IMG/VR virus record: IMGVR_UViG_3300020045_009349
Span: 1 to 49,368 of that record
Length of the DNA: 49,368 nucleotides
Origin: a virus
Lineage: Duplodnaviria > Caudoviricetes
Reading direction: 5' to 3' (one strand)
Numbering within the stretch: position 1 is the first letter of the stretch; each line of letters begins with the position of its first letter. The notes beneath the pieces are model-generated. The model saw only the letters and a list, made by a program, of their open reading frames with translations, ran no database searches and was not told the origin of the DNA. Shown piece after piece: positions 36,296 through 45,913 of the stretch. A program made the position numbers and the translations under genes.

Positions 36296-36829
36296 TTAAT
36301 TATTATTATTAAATGTGTATTTCAAATCACCATTCACAGAAAAGGTGTGATACGGTTGCAAATCATTCAACTTGATTTTGTCAATATCGAAATCTTTAAA
36401 GATGTTTTTCATTCCTTTCTCTAATCCGGTGATGTCTAATGCTTTTATTTTTTCGACTAACTTGATGCATTTATCCTGGACTTCTGAATCTGCTCTGTAA
36501 ACTGTACTTGGATATAATTTATCCAAATTCAGCATAAAGACAATCTTTACTTTGGCGGTGAATAACTTTCCATCTTTTGAAGAATGGTTATCATCGTCAA
36601 TAAAGAAAACATTTCCTCCAGGTGCATTTCTATCATCATAGAAAACTTCTTTTCGCTCCTTGCTTGATATGTGAACTTCTGGGATAAATGACTTACCATC
36701 TTTAGCCAACACTTTTTGGACACGTCCATAAAAATCAACACCGACAAAACCCAAATGCAATTCCAATGCATTTTGGATGAGCTTTATTTTGTGGTCGATT
36801 CCTTTAGCTGGATAGTTATTGTAATTCAT
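36296..36829 (-). CDS. Head-tail/tail terminator-like protein
   Basis: Position between adaptor and major tail genes; DLQPYHTF motif. Confidence 0.6.
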   Translation of the reverse strand: MNYNNYPAKGIDHKIKLIQNALELHLGFVGVDFYGRVQKVLAKDGKSFIPEVHISSKERKEVFYDDRNAPGGNVFFIDDDNHSSKDGKLFTAKVKIVFMLNLDKLYPSTVYRADSEVQDKCIKLVEKIKALDITGLEKGMKNIFKDFDIDKIKLNDLQPYHTFSVNGDLKYTFNNNN

Positions 36830-36832
36830 AAT

Positions 36833-37414
36833 TTACCATTGTGAAGTTCCATCAATAATGATTGGGTTTGCAAAAAGTATTTTTTGAGCTTTCTGTATTG
36901 CTCGTTCCATTTTGTAGTTGATTCCTTTTGCAACGAAAAAACCACCGTCGTTTCTGACACCTTCCAATTCTATTTTTAGGCTTTGGAAACTTAGTTTGGT
37001 ATTACGTTCTAATAGGTTGCTTCTACTTGATGAAATGAATAATTCTAATGCTTTTATGGCCATACAATATCCAATGGCATCATCAAACAATTTAGGTCTT
37101 GCTATAATCAAAGCCGAATAATCAGTTTCTTCTACATACAATTCGTTTTTGTCGAAAATAGCGGTCAAGACCTCTAAAACCGATTGTTTACGAATAGAAG
37201 ATAGGAAGTCATTGAAATCAAGGACTTCCATATCTATTTCTGGAACTGCTGCATAGACATTTTCCACGGTTACGAGTTGGTGGAAAGAATTTACTTTTCG
37301 TTCTGAATCTGCGGTTAGAACCTCCTCATCTAACTCGATTGCAAAAGCAGTGTCTAAAGGTTTTTCCCAACCAATTCTAGTGACTAATGATGTTATGCTT
37401 TGTTCGTTGTACAT
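36833..37414 (-). CDS. Head-tail adaptor-like protein
   Basis: Directly after the capsid gene. Confidence 0.6.
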   Translation of the reverse strand: MYNEQSITSLVTRIGWEKPLDTAFAIELDEEVLTADSERKVNSFHQLVTVENVYAAVPEIDMEVLDFNDFLSSIRKQSVLEVLTAIFDKNELYVEETDYSALIIARPKLFDDAIGYCMAIKALELFISSSRSNLLERNTKLSFQSLKIELEGVRNDGGFFVAKGINYKMERAIQKAQKILFANPIIIDGTSQW

Positions 37415-37415
37415 A

Positions 37416-38696
37416 TTATGCTGATGCTAAGATGTTAGCTTCGAATACCAGTACTTGCTCTTCAGACAATGCATTGATTGCAGCAAGTAATTTAGCATCA
37501 GTCGAAGCAACAGTTAATTTAGTTGCTGGATAAGCTAATTTCAAGGCAGCGGCTACAGAAGCTTTAGTATAAGAAACTGTCAAGTATAAGAAGTTTGCAT
37601 CACCCTCAGTTTGAGCATCAATTGCAGCTTCTTCAGTGTCCAAAACAAAGATACTTGCCACGTTATTGATCACTGGCAATACTAATGCTTGGGATGAAGT
37701 AAATTCAGCAAATGGTTCAACAGAATGCCATTTTTTAAGCAAGATGAAGTTATCTGCTTTTTGATACATTACTGCTTTGTTTTGACGAGTTTCTTCTGCA
37801 AGAATACCGTAAACCAATTTACCAACTTTAGTTGAAGTTAAGAATACAATTTTACCGGCAGCCCAAGGAGTTTGAACAGTTCTTACACCATCACGCTCTG
37901 TAACTACAGTTCTATCAACAATGACAATTGTCAATTTGAATTTGTTTTGCAACATTGAATTTACTTGACCTAAATCTGGCACCGGAATAGCAGTTCCCAC
38001 GAAGTTTTGAGAGAAAGCATATTGCTCACGTGTTTGTTGATTAGCAGCCATATTGTCAAAAGTATATTCATCCATCATTAAGATAGCTGGACTTGTACCT
38101 TTGGCTTTAGCTTCTTTCACTACACGCTTGATGTCGTCAATTGGTTTTGCATTGGCAATGTCGGACCAAGGAGTAACTGCACCAAAAGCATTTGCTGTAG
38201 GATAACCATAATCAACACGGATACCTGTTCCAACGTTTGTGTCATCGTCTACTAATGTTACACCGTGAGAAAGTCCGTAAAGGAAAATGTATTCTAATTT
38301 TTCATAGATACCTAACATAGCTTTGGTTGTATCAGCAAATATTTTACCAACCAATACAGATGTTTCTACGTTTCTGGCTTGAAGCACGTCGATGTCTGAC
38401 ATTGTTTTTTCATTCAATGATAATTTCATTCCCAACTTTGGAATTTCGCCAGAAGCGGTTCCGAAAGTATCTCTTTTTTTCAAAGGAAGTGAGGAATCCA
38501 TTGATACAACATCGGCAGAAACTACAGTTCCATCAACGTTTAAAGTTTTCCACTGAAGATCTACAGACAATTCAGGGGTTAACATTTCTTTGTGCAAATA
38601 CGTAAGTGGAGTTGTTTTACCATTAATACGTTCTACAAGGTCTTTTGCAATCGCTGTAAAGAAAGCTGCAAACTGGATAAATAAGGATTGTTCCAT
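37416..38696 (-). CDS. Major capsid protein (lambda E-like), with C-terminal extension
   Basis: ADVVSMDSSLPLKKRD...GEIPKLG...RVDYG...KPIDDI...SQALVLPV. Confidence 0.88.
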   Translation of the reverse strand: MEQSLFIQFAAFFTAIAKDLVERINGKTTPLTYLHKEMLTPELSVDLQWKTLNVDGTVVSADVVSMDSSLPLKKRDTFGTASGEIPKLGMKLSLNEKTMSDIDVLQARNVETSVLVGKIFADTTKAMLGIYEKLEYIFLYGLSHGVTLVDDDTNVGTGIRVDYGYPTANAFGAVTPWSDIANAKPIDDIKRVVKEAKAKGTSPAILMMDEYTFDNMAANQQTREQYAFSQNFVGTAIPVPDLGQVNSMLQNKFKLTIVIVDRTVVTERDGVRTVQTPWAAGKIVFLTSTKVGKLVYGILAEETRQNKAVMYQKADNFILLKKWHSVEPFAEFTSSQALVLPVINNVASIFVLDTEEAAIDAQTEGDANFLYLTVSYTKASVAAALKLAYPATKLTVASTDAKLLAAINALSEEQVLVFEANILASA

Positions 38697-38699
38697 GGC

Positions 38700-39098
38700 T
38701 TAGTCTTGTGTAAATCTGATTAATGGTAATGCAGTTTTTGCAGCAGCCAATACAGAGGTTATTGTATATTTTGAAGCGTTTTTGTTCACTGTTCCTCTAA
38801 CCATAACACTAGCAAATGGTTTAGCAGTTAAGATGGTTGCTACAAGCACACCTTTGTAAGTATGTGATGCTGGCAAAGCGCCATAAGCAGCTCCTGAAAT
38901 TGGCATAGGTTTTAAAACTCCTGTTGAAGTTTCCTCTATGATTAAGTGACCAGCCGGAATGGTAGCAGGAGTAAATCCTGTGGCATCTAGCGTTTTGCCT
39001 CCTGGAATAGTTTCCAAGTTGGCAACGATAACAATCCCATCATTGCTGGTATCAACAGTGGTTGGGTTGTTTTGTAAATTCGCAGTTGTACCTGACAT
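38700..39098 (-). CDS. Head decoration/cement protein
   Basis: IPGGKTLD...IPAGHLII...KPFASVMVRGTVN; between scaffold and capsid genes. Confidence 0.7.
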   Translation of the reverse strand: MSGTTANLQNNPTTVDTSNDGIVIVANLETIPGGKTLDATGFTPATIPAGHLIIEETSTGVLKPMPISGAAYGALPASHTYKGVLVATILTAKPFASVMVRGTVNKNASKYTITSVLAAAKTALPLIRFTQD

Positions 39099-39122
39099 AA
39101 TTTTTTAGTTTTTAATTAATGA

Positions 39123-39767
39123 TTAAAGCATATTGTCAACAATTGCCTTCACTTCTTCGGCAGATGGTGTATTCTTGCTTTGTGTTCCAGTAGGAACAGA
39201 ACCAGAATAACGTGTTGTATCTGCAACGGATTGTCGAATTTCAGCATACTCGGTTTCAAGGCTTTTCACCTGATCCTCGATGGTTATTTCAGAATCTACA
39301 TTTATTCTGCCAAGCCAACTATTTTTGATTTCGGGTTTCATCGCTTTTAAAACTTCGGAAGCTTCGAACACGGTTTGTGCTGTTTGCTTTTTGGTTTCAG
39401 TGATTTTGCCTGTTTCAAGAGACGTTACTTTGTCCAACAATATTTTGTTTGCATCGACCATTGCTTTTGCCCATTCTGGAACATCGGCTGCTGGTGGTGT
39501 TGGTTCATTTGATGGTGGCGTTGGAACTATAACTTTAGCGGCTTTTTCCTCTAATGTTCTGATTCTATCATCCTCACGGGCGATTTCTTCGAAAGCGTTA
39601 AAGTCGTTGGCTTGATTTAAAATTACATCTACCGCTGCATCATCTGCATCGTCTGCTGGCATTGGAGCAAGTTTAGCCGCGATTGCGTCTAGCCTTTTTT
39701 GAGACAAGTTCGCCTTAGGAAACAAAGTTCTAAGTCGTGCCTTGATAATTTCTGGTTTAACTGCCAT
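39123..39767 (-). CDS. Capsid scaffolding protein
   Basis: Pro-rich linker, VPEWAKAM motif, position before decoration/capsid genes. Confidence 0.7.
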   Translation of the reverse strand: MAVKPEIIKARLRTLFPKANLSQKRLDAIAAKLAPMPADDADDAAVDVILNQANDFNAFEEIAREDDRIRTLEEKAAKVIVPTPPSNEPTPPAADVPEWAKAMVDANKILLDKVTSLETGKITETKKQTAQTVFEASEVLKAMKPEIKNSWLGRINVDSEITIEDQVKSLETEYAEIRQSVADTTRYSGSVPTGTQSKNTPSAEEVKAIVDNML

Positions 39768-39800
39768 AATTAAGAGTGTTTAAATTGTTGATTGTTAGAT

Positions 39801-39847
39801 AACAAATGTAACATATTTTGTTCTATTTAGAATAATTCTAAATAATA
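39801..39847 (-). promoter_or_regulatory. Head-operon promoter: -7 box, operator and Fur-box-like palindrome
   Basis: TACATTTG (39803-39810); perfect palindrome TATTTAGAAT-A-ATTCTAAATA (39824-39844). Confidence 0.72.
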
Positions 39848-39858
39848 TTTTTTAAAAT

Positions 39859-39887
39859 AAAAAAACCGCCATGTTTCCAGAGCGGTT
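39859..39887 (-). terminator. Terminator after 39927..40301
   Basis: AACCGC...GCGGTT plus T-run. Confidence 0.6.
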
Positions 39888-39926
39888 AAAAGCAATAAGT
39901 AAACTCTTCTTTATGCAACGCCATTG

Positions 39927-40301
39927 CTAAAAGCTACGGGATGACGTTACGTCTTTTAATGTTAATTCTGTTCCGGTTAGTGCAAAGTATAGGTTTTGGA
40001 GTTGGTGTACGTATTTTATTTCTATTTTTATTCCATTTAGCCAACACAACAAAATTGAATTAAATGAAAAATTAAAATTGTTTGCTTTTAAATCAAATCC
40101 TAAATCCATTTTTTTTGCTCCAAAATTCAATAACCATTCTTCGGTTAGTGGGATTGGCTCGAATTGGTCATATTCAATATAAGTTCCACATTCTTCATCA
40201 ATAACATCTAATCCAAATTCGTGTATTCCTGTCACTTCAAAAATAGTGCTATCATCAGAAAACATTACTTTATTCCCTATTTTCAATTCGTTTGCTTCCA
40301 T
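39927..40301 (-). CDS. Conserved phage protein (YopX-like N-terminus), moron-like
   Basis: ANELKIGN...EPIPLTEEWLL...IKYVHQLQNLYFALTGTEL; own TATCTTTG -7 box at 40306-40313. Confidence 0.75.
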   Translation of the reverse strand: MEANELKIGNKVMFSDDSTIFEVTGIHEFGLDVIDEECGTYIEYDQFEPIPLTEEWLLNFGAKKMDLGFDLKANNFNFSFNSILLCWLNGIKIEIKYVHQLQNLYFALTGTELTLKDVTSSRSF

Positions 40302-40385
40302 AATTCAAAGATAATTATTATTTATAAAAAACCCACACCGAGGATTACCCAGATGTGGGTTGTGGAAATCAACTTATAGGCTTAT

Positions 40386-40664
40386 TTATTCCGTTTTCCA
40401 CCCTTGAAAACTCAACCCAAAACGAGTTACTCCGTTGCGGTCCTGATATTCATTTCCACGAACATTAACGCTGACTTTTATTTGTTGGCCAATTTGTAGG
40501 TTATTCAACAGATCCACTTTGTCTTTGATGAATTCTATAGGTAGTTTTTGAGGATATTGAGCATCCGTTTGCACTACTAAAATTTGTTTTGCCATTTCAT
40601 TTGGTCCAATTAGTTCTACTTCACTTTTGAAATATACTTTTCCGATAATCTCTGCTTTATCCAT
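40386..40664 (-). CDS. DUF3127-family OB-fold (SSB-like) protein
   Basis: TDAQYPQKLPIEFIKDKVDLL...VSVNVRGNEY...FQGWK. Confidence 0.85.
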   Translation of the reverse strand: MDKAEIIGKVYFKSEVELIGPNEMAKQILVVQTDAQYPQKLPIEFIKDKVDLLNNLQIGQQIKVSVNVRGNEYQDRNGVTRFGLSFQGWKTE

Positions 40665-40665
40665 T

Positions 40666-40938
40666 TTACTTTTTGTTTGATTTATTAAATTTTTTAATTG
40701 CGTTTTTATCATTCATTGCAAAACACTTGAAAATACATTCATCTTTTCTCATTGGAATATCTCGCTTTTCAGATAGAAAACTTCCATCTTTTCTAAACCA
40801 ATATTGAAAAGTATTTTTCGGTTGTATATCATCCTTTTTTTCTTTAGGAATAAAAGTTCTGCCTTTGCTTTCTCGTGGGTAACTCATTTCTGACATCATA
40901 ATTCCCATCATTGCCATTGCTAAATATGATTTTTTCAT
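40666..40938 (-). CDS. Hypothetical protein
   Basis: 90-aa coupled ORF. Confidence 0.65.
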   Translation of the reverse strand: MKKSYLAMAMMGIMMSEMSYPRESKGRTFIPKEKKDDIQPKNTFQYWFRKDGSFLSEKRDIPMRKDECIFKCFAMNDKNAIKKFNKSNKK

Positions 40939-40942
40939 ACGA

Positions 40943-41662
40943 TTACATTATTACTTCCCGGGTTTGATTTTTATGATTGTACACTTTCTCGATGTTGTAC
41001 ATATACAATTTGATACTGGCTTGACGATCCATCAGCATTGGCGCTTGTGCAATTTTGTTTTTTAGTTTTTCGAAGTTGCAAAGCCCTTTCTTTTGCAGCT
41101 CCTGAACTGCTCCAATAAGGTTTCTATCTTTAGAAAAACGATACTGGCCAAACAAATCATCTGATAATGTCAATAGAGCATCAGTTTCATCAAAGAAATT
41201 ACACTCGAAACCGCCAGATTGAAATACATCTGTTGACTTTGCTTTTGGATTATTGTACATCAACAGATCAATCGACAATTTAATGGCGATTTTATGTTTG
41301 TGCATAATTTCAAGGACTTTCTCATAATCCTTGATTCCAAGTTTGATGTAGCAATTGAGGAAATCATTTGGTTTCCATTTCTCGCCACGGCTGTTGAGTT
41401 GTGCAATTTGGTTTAAAGTAAGTGTGTTACAAATCACGTAATACACGGGGTTTTTGGTTTGTTTACTTACTTCGAAACGGTGTTGGCCATCGATAATATG
41501 ATAAATGCCGTCTTGCTCTGATACCACAATAGGGCAAAATGGCAGCATATTGAAACCGTTGTTGACATCGTTGCTGATCTTCTCAATTTTGTTTTGGCTT
41601 AATACTCTGTTTCCGATGATGTTTCCAAAAAGGCTGTACTCTTTTGATTGTTGAATTTCCAT
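40943..41662 (-). CDS. ParB/Srx-like N-terminal domain protein
   Basis: GNRVL...PIVV...IIDGQHRF. Confidence 0.8.
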   Translation of the reverse strand: MEIQQSKEYSLFGNIIGNRVLSQNKIEKISNDVNNGFNMLPFCPIVVSEQDGIYHIIDGQHRFEVSKQTKNPVYYVICNTLTLNQIAQLNSRGEKWKPNDFLNCYIKLGIKDYEKVLEIMHKHKIAIKLSIDLLMYNNPKAKSTDVFQSGGFECNFFDETDALLTLSDDLFGQYRFSKDRNLIGAVQELQKKGLCNFEKLKNKIAQAPMLMDRQASIKLYMYNIEKVYNHKNQTREVIM

Positions 41663-41673
41663 TTATAAAAAAT

Positions 41674-41871
41674 TTAGTTAGTTAGTTTTTTCCAGTATGA
41701 TTGATGGAACCAGTCAATTGCTGGCTCTTTTTGTGATTTTGCGGAGTAATCTACTTTGATTCTGTCGAGGCTACTATCTACTTTTAGCACTGTTCCATAG
41801 TACATTTCATTTTCGAGAATGACAAAAACTTTGTCTTGTGGCTCAAATCCTGTGGTGTTGAATAGCTCCAT
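41674..41871 (-). CDS. Hypothetical protein (SH3/Tudor-like barrel?)
   Basis: 65-aa coupled ORF. Confidence 0.6.
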   Translation of the reverse strand: MELFNTTGFEPQDKVFVILENEMYYGTVLKVDSSLDRIKVDYSAKSQKEPAIDWFHQSYWKKLTN

Positions 41872-42077
41872 TAGAAATATTCATTTGATGAAATAGCAGG
41901 AGATTTTACATAACGCTTCTTGCCTGAATACTTTTTTAAATACATTTTGTTTTTATGGCTGATTTCAAAACGGTCAGAAATTAAATCAGCTGCTTCAAAG
42001 TCACTTTCTTTATCTGATGTAAACAATCCACAGATCACTGCCCAGAACATTTTTAAAATAATTTTTAAATCTTTCAT
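41871..42077 (-). CDS. Hypothetical protein
   Basis: 68-aa coupled ORF. Confidence 0.55.
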   Translation of the reverse strand: MKDLKIILKMFWAVICGLFTSDKESDFEAADLISDRFEISHKNKMYLKKYSGKKRYVKSPAISSNEYF

Positions 42078-42385
42078 TATTTATTGATTTTATAGTTAAT
42101 CTTCTTGATGGTTCCACACCACTCACACGGCAATAACTCACCGTTTGAAAGACTGGCGAAATAATGATCACATTCCTTTTTAGATTTATTAAATAATCTT
42201 CTTACCAGATACCCTCGAATGATACTTACCGTAAAAAATATGGCTGTAATGATAATATTTTGTTTGAATGACACTGGAATACCCATAAAAGGATAAATGA
42301 TTAACTGGACCGCTATTGAAGTTATTAATCCGATTAATGTTTGCGTTACGCTTTCGATAACTGATTGCTTTTTACTTTGGCTCAT
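42077..42385 (-). CDS. Conserved two-TM phage membrane protein with C-terminal Cys motif
   Basis: QSKKQSVIES...FTVSIIRGYLVRRLFN; CDH...CEWC. Confidence 0.75.
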   Translation of the reverse strand: MSQSKKQSVIESVTQTLIGLITSIAVQLIIYPFMGIPVSFKQNIIITAIFFTVSIIRGYLVRRLFNKSKKECDHYFASLSNGELLPCEWCGTIKKINYKINK

Positions 42386-42566
42386 TACTTTCTAATTTAT
42401 ACTGTGAAAATCCTTTTTGGTAACTCAAATAAGTAAACCCTTTTTTCTTTTTATGCTTTAAAAAATTATACCAATCCGAAGAGCACATTTCCAGCTTGTA
42501 ATGCTTTCCATTTTTTGTCGCAATCACTTCAAGGTCGTGGTTCGGATTAGTATTTTCTTTATTCAT
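42372..42566 (-). CDS. Hypothetical protein
   Basis: 64-aa coupled ORF. Confidence 0.6.
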   Translation of the reverse strand: MNKENTNPNHDLEVIATKNGKHYKLEMCSSDWYNFLKHKKKKGFTYLSYQKGFSQYKLESNEPK

Positions 42567-43967
42567 TTATACAACAGGAGGAACAGTCACACCTGCATCT
42601 GTTTTTATCATTTTCATTTCCTCTTCGGTATTGGTATTCATACCGATGTATTCAATAGCTGTTTTCACGCTCATTATTCCAGCATTTTTAGCAGCAGACA
42701 CAACGGTAACTGCTGTTTGTAAATCGTCTGGCAATATCGAATTGAATTGAACTTTGATTATGGTATCTTTTACATTTGAAGCCAAGGCAGTGTTTGTGGT
42801 AGTTGCAATACCAGAAATAAGCAGTTTTATTATTCGTTGAATCATTGTCCTGTTTTCTCCTTCATTCATTGAGGCTTTGATAATGCTATCCAGGAATAGC
42901 AATTTGATAGCAACACCAGATATATTGCCTACACTTCCTTTGAGGTTATCAAATGAAAGGTTTGGCGTAGCTGATAAAGAATAGATCAAACTTTCCAATG
43001 TTTCCATTTCGAGTTTCACACTTTCTGGAGCATTGTTATTAGTCAAGAATTCAGCATCACCGTGAATGGTTTTACCGCTTACATCGTCAACTTCTTTCAT
43101 TGGAAAATTCAACGTCTTGCCATCTTCGTTTCGGTCTGGCATATTGGCCACCGTTCCATAAAGTTTCAATAAAGGATAACCGGAGTAATCATTACTGGCT
43201 CCCAGTTTAGAAAGCCCAGTTTCGTAACGGTCAATCAATGCTTCCACATCATCCCACTCGGCAACATCTTGTGATAGATAAACGATTGGTATTTTATCGA
43301 ATCCGTGAGGAAGATTCTCAATAACAGTTAGTTTTCCTCCAACACTATCATTACATTTATAACATACTTTTTTGGTAAAAACCCAAACATTTTTCACGTC
43401 TTTGTCCTCTGCATTTTTTGAAGTGAACGACCATGTAAAACCTACCATATCTCCGGTAATGTCAAAATAAGGTGCCATTCTTCCCTCTTCGTTGGTCAAT
43501 AACTTAACCTTGATGGTGTTGAATTCCTTGTTTTCTAAATTGGTTGTTTTCGCCATATAAAATTGCAAAGCACATTCTGTTTGTGATTTCTGAATGGTTT
43601 TTGCTGACAATATCTTGGCATCAATTCTATTTTCTTCCCAAAGTTTTAATACTTCATCAGATAATAGATTTGCTTTTTCTGGAATTAAAGTCACCGGAGC
43701 TCCAACCTCAAAAGCACAAGCGGTGGTTACTATCTTTTTTTGATAGGTTGCCACTGATCTAATTGCTTTTACCGTTTTGGCTTTTTCGCCTTTACCTACG
43801 GTCTTGTCTTTTTGTATGTTTCCTACTTGCGACTGTCTAATGGTTCGGTCTTTCTTCTTGAATTCTTTGATATTCGCGTCAATAACCGTTGCATCCTTTG
43901 TAGTAGATGTTAGTGTTTTAATGGCTTTTTGAATATCTGTTACTAATAATGCTTCTAACTCTTCCAT
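42567..43967 (-). CDS. Portal protein (SPP1 gp6-like)
   Basis: 466 aa; PHGFDKIPIV, LIDRYE, TPNLSFD, SGVAIKLLF. Confidence 0.93.
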   Translation of the reverse strand: MEELEALLVTDIQKAIKTLTSTTKDATVIDANIKEFKKKDRTIRQSQVGNIQKDKTVGKGEKAKTVKAIRSVATYQKKIVTTACAFEVGAPVTLIPEKANLLSDEVLKLWEENRIDAKILSAKTIQKSQTECALQFYMAKTTNLENKEFNTIKVKLLTNEEGRMAPYFDITGDMVGFTWSFTSKNAEDKDVKNVWVFTKKVCYKCNDSVGGKLTVIENLPHGFDKIPIVYLSQDVAEWDDVEALIDRYETGLSKLGASNDYSGYPLLKLYGTVANMPDRNEDGKTLNFPMKEVDDVSGKTIHGDAEFLTNNNAPESVKLEMETLESLIYSLSATPNLSFDNLKGSVGNISGVAIKLLFLDSIIKASMNEGENRTMIQRIIKLLISGIATTTNTALASNVKDTIIKVQFNSILPDDLQTAVTVVSAAKNAGIMSVKTAIEYIGMNTNTEEEMKMIKTDAGVTVPPVV

Positions 43968-43973
43968 AGTTTT

Positions 43974-45425
43974 TTAATAATTAATTCCTAAATCGGCTAA
44001 TGACTCGTCTGTTTTATGCGTTTGTGGCTGGCTGTTGTATGACATATGACCGTATCTTGCAGAATCCCAACCATGATTGAAAGCATCAATAGGCTGGTTT
44101 ATTGCTATTCCGTTGATTTCTTTCAGGCGATAGTTTTCTTTTTCCTTTTTCATTTGGTGGTACAAATGATTTTTTACAATGTGAATCTTTTTTGATTTCA
44201 TTGACAAAAGCCAAAACATAACTGATTTTGTTTTGTTCACTTTTATAGCATTTCGCCCTTTGCGTTTCAATGCTCGGACCATTTCAACTGTTCCTTTGTT
44301 TTCTCCGGTATATTTATCAGAGCTATCACAAACTATCAAATCATTATTTGTAACTCCGTGAGCGGTCAAAACCTCGTCCAGTTCCTCGGCAGTTTCAATT
44401 GGCTCGTAACACAAAGGCTCAAACCAAATGTTATATTCATCCTCGGCATATCGATTCAATACGTTTGGATCAGTGGTAAAGCCAAAGTCATTTGTATAAA
44501 TGTGCGCCACGTGAGTTGGGAACTCTTCAATCCATTCAACGTGATTGAAAATAACGCCTTTCATTGCACCTCTCAAACCAAGGCCATACACTTTCCACAT
44601 AAACTCATCGGCAGTTCCGTTTGTAATGTTTGTTGGATGTGGCTGTGGAATATTGGTTTTGCTTATAGGCTCAACTTTTTTGGTCAGCTTATTATAGCAT
44701 AGAATTTCGCTATCTTTCACGATGTAGGAACCAGGTTTCCAAGGTTCATAAGAAAGTATTTTGTTTTTTTCCTGAATGGAAATGTATTGATTGTCTAAAA
44801 ATGTAGTGCGAAGAAAGCCAACATCAGGACGTGGCAATACGTTATCGAATACCCAGTGTTCTGTAAAGCTAGGGTTGTAATCTCCCCACCAGAACTTTCT
44901 GCAACGCATTTCTACTTGGTCAAATACGCTTTTTTTAATATGCATTTTTTCGTTAAAGAAAGCATAGTCACAACCTCCTCCGTGTTTTCCATCACCAAGA
45001 AAATGAATGCTGTTTTGACCTATCTTGAAAACCTTTACTTCCTCAGCATTATGGAATTTATTAGGCAATCCGAAATCATCTAACCGCCTTTTGAAATCAT
45101 CATAAAGCGTGGTCTTAAATTCGTTGTAGGTTTCACGGTAAATATTGATGGTGCATTTGGTTTCAACAAAAAGACAAATCCAAATGATGATATCCACACC
45201 GGACCATGTTTTGCCGGAACGTGAGGAACCTTCCAACTCGACACCTCGAAAGCCTTTTATAAGTTCGTCTTTTTCGTTGTATTCTTGTTCTTTGATGGCT
45301 TGCTGTAGGAAGTTGAAGTTTGGGTTTGCTTCCTCGTGAAAAGTGTTTAATGCCTTACGTGAATTATCAATATCCCTTTCTTTCAAAAGGGTATCGAGTT
45401 CCATTATTTCGGCATCTGTAAGCAC
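43974..45425 (-). CDS. terL: Terminase large subunit (PBSX-like)
   Basis: EGSSRSGKT, FFNE, DYNP, TTFLDN, DFGFTTDP, NHGWDSARY. Confidence 0.95.
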   Translation of the reverse strand: MLTDAEIMELDTLLKERDIDNSRKALNTFHEEANPNFNFLQQAIKEQEYNEKDELIKGFRGVELEGSSRSGKTWSGVDIIIWICLFVETKCTINIYRETYNEFKTTLYDDFKRRLDDFGLPNKFHNAEEVKVFKIGQNSIHFLGDGKHGGGCDYAFFNEKMHIKKSVFDQVEMRCRKFWWGDYNPSFTEHWVFDNVLPRPDVGFLRTTFLDNQYISIQEKNKILSYEPWKPGSYIVKDSEILCYNKLTKKVEPISKTNIPQPHPTNITNGTADEFMWKVYGLGLRGAMKGVIFNHVEWIEEFPTHVAHIYTNDFGFTTDPNVLNRYAEDEYNIWFEPLCYEPIETAEELDEVLTAHGVTNNDLIVCDSSDKYTGENKGTVEMVRALKRKGRNAIKVNKTKSVMFWLLSMKSKKIHIVKNHLYHQMKKEKENYRLKEINGIAINQPIDAFNHGWDSARYGHMSYNSQPQTHKTDESLADLGINY

Positions 45426-45428
45426 TTA

Positions 45429-45662
45429 TTATACGGATTTGATTAATTCCATTAAACTATCTGATTTATTAAAACAGTTTGAAATAAATGTTGCGTGTTC
45501 AAACGCTTCTTTTCTATTTATTTCATTAATAATTTCATCTTCACAAACAAAATAAGGAACTCTCGCTATTTTGTATTTACCTCCTAAACTTATTCCAACT
45601 ATATTCCAAGCTGTTTTACTTTGAGAATGAATCGCTTTTGTTTTGATGTTTGGGTTTTCCAT
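45429..45662 (-). CDS. Hypothetical protein
   Basis: HSQSKTAWNIVG...GGKYKIARVPY. Confidence 0.7.
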   Translation of the reverse strand: MENPNIKTKAIHSQSKTAWNIVGISLGGKYKIARVPYFVCEDEIINEINRKEAFEHATFISNCFNKSDSLMELIKSV

Positions 45663-45664
45663 TA

Positions 45665-45913
45665 CTATATTTTTATTTTTATCAATCCGTGATGAATCAT
45701 AAAACTTACTTTTTCTTGCACCATTTCACGATGTTTACGACCATAGCTTCTTTTGCAATCTTGAATTTTATTGTGTTCGATTATGATTTTACGCTGTTCC
45801 TCCGGATCGTTCAGGCTGTATTTTGAAATGCATTTATCAATGGCTGATTGCATTCGTTTTTTGCGAAGATGATACAGCATTCGTTTTTTGAAAAATTGTT
45901 TAATGAAGTTCAT
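45665..45913 (-). CDS. Hypothetical basic protein
   Basis: 82-aa coupled ORF. Confidence 0.6.
   Translation of the reverse strand: MNFIKQFFKKRMLYHLRKKRMQSAIDKCISKYSLNDPEEQRKIIIEHNKIQDCKRSYGRKHREMVQEKVSFMIHHGLIKIKI

Noticed and set aside
39881-39952. Possible degenerate cassette site after 39927..40301 (TAAC-N6; ATTGCTTTTAACCGCT resembles the site B arm)
   Set aside because: No matching partner arm or GTTA core, and the sequence is explained by the terminator stem.
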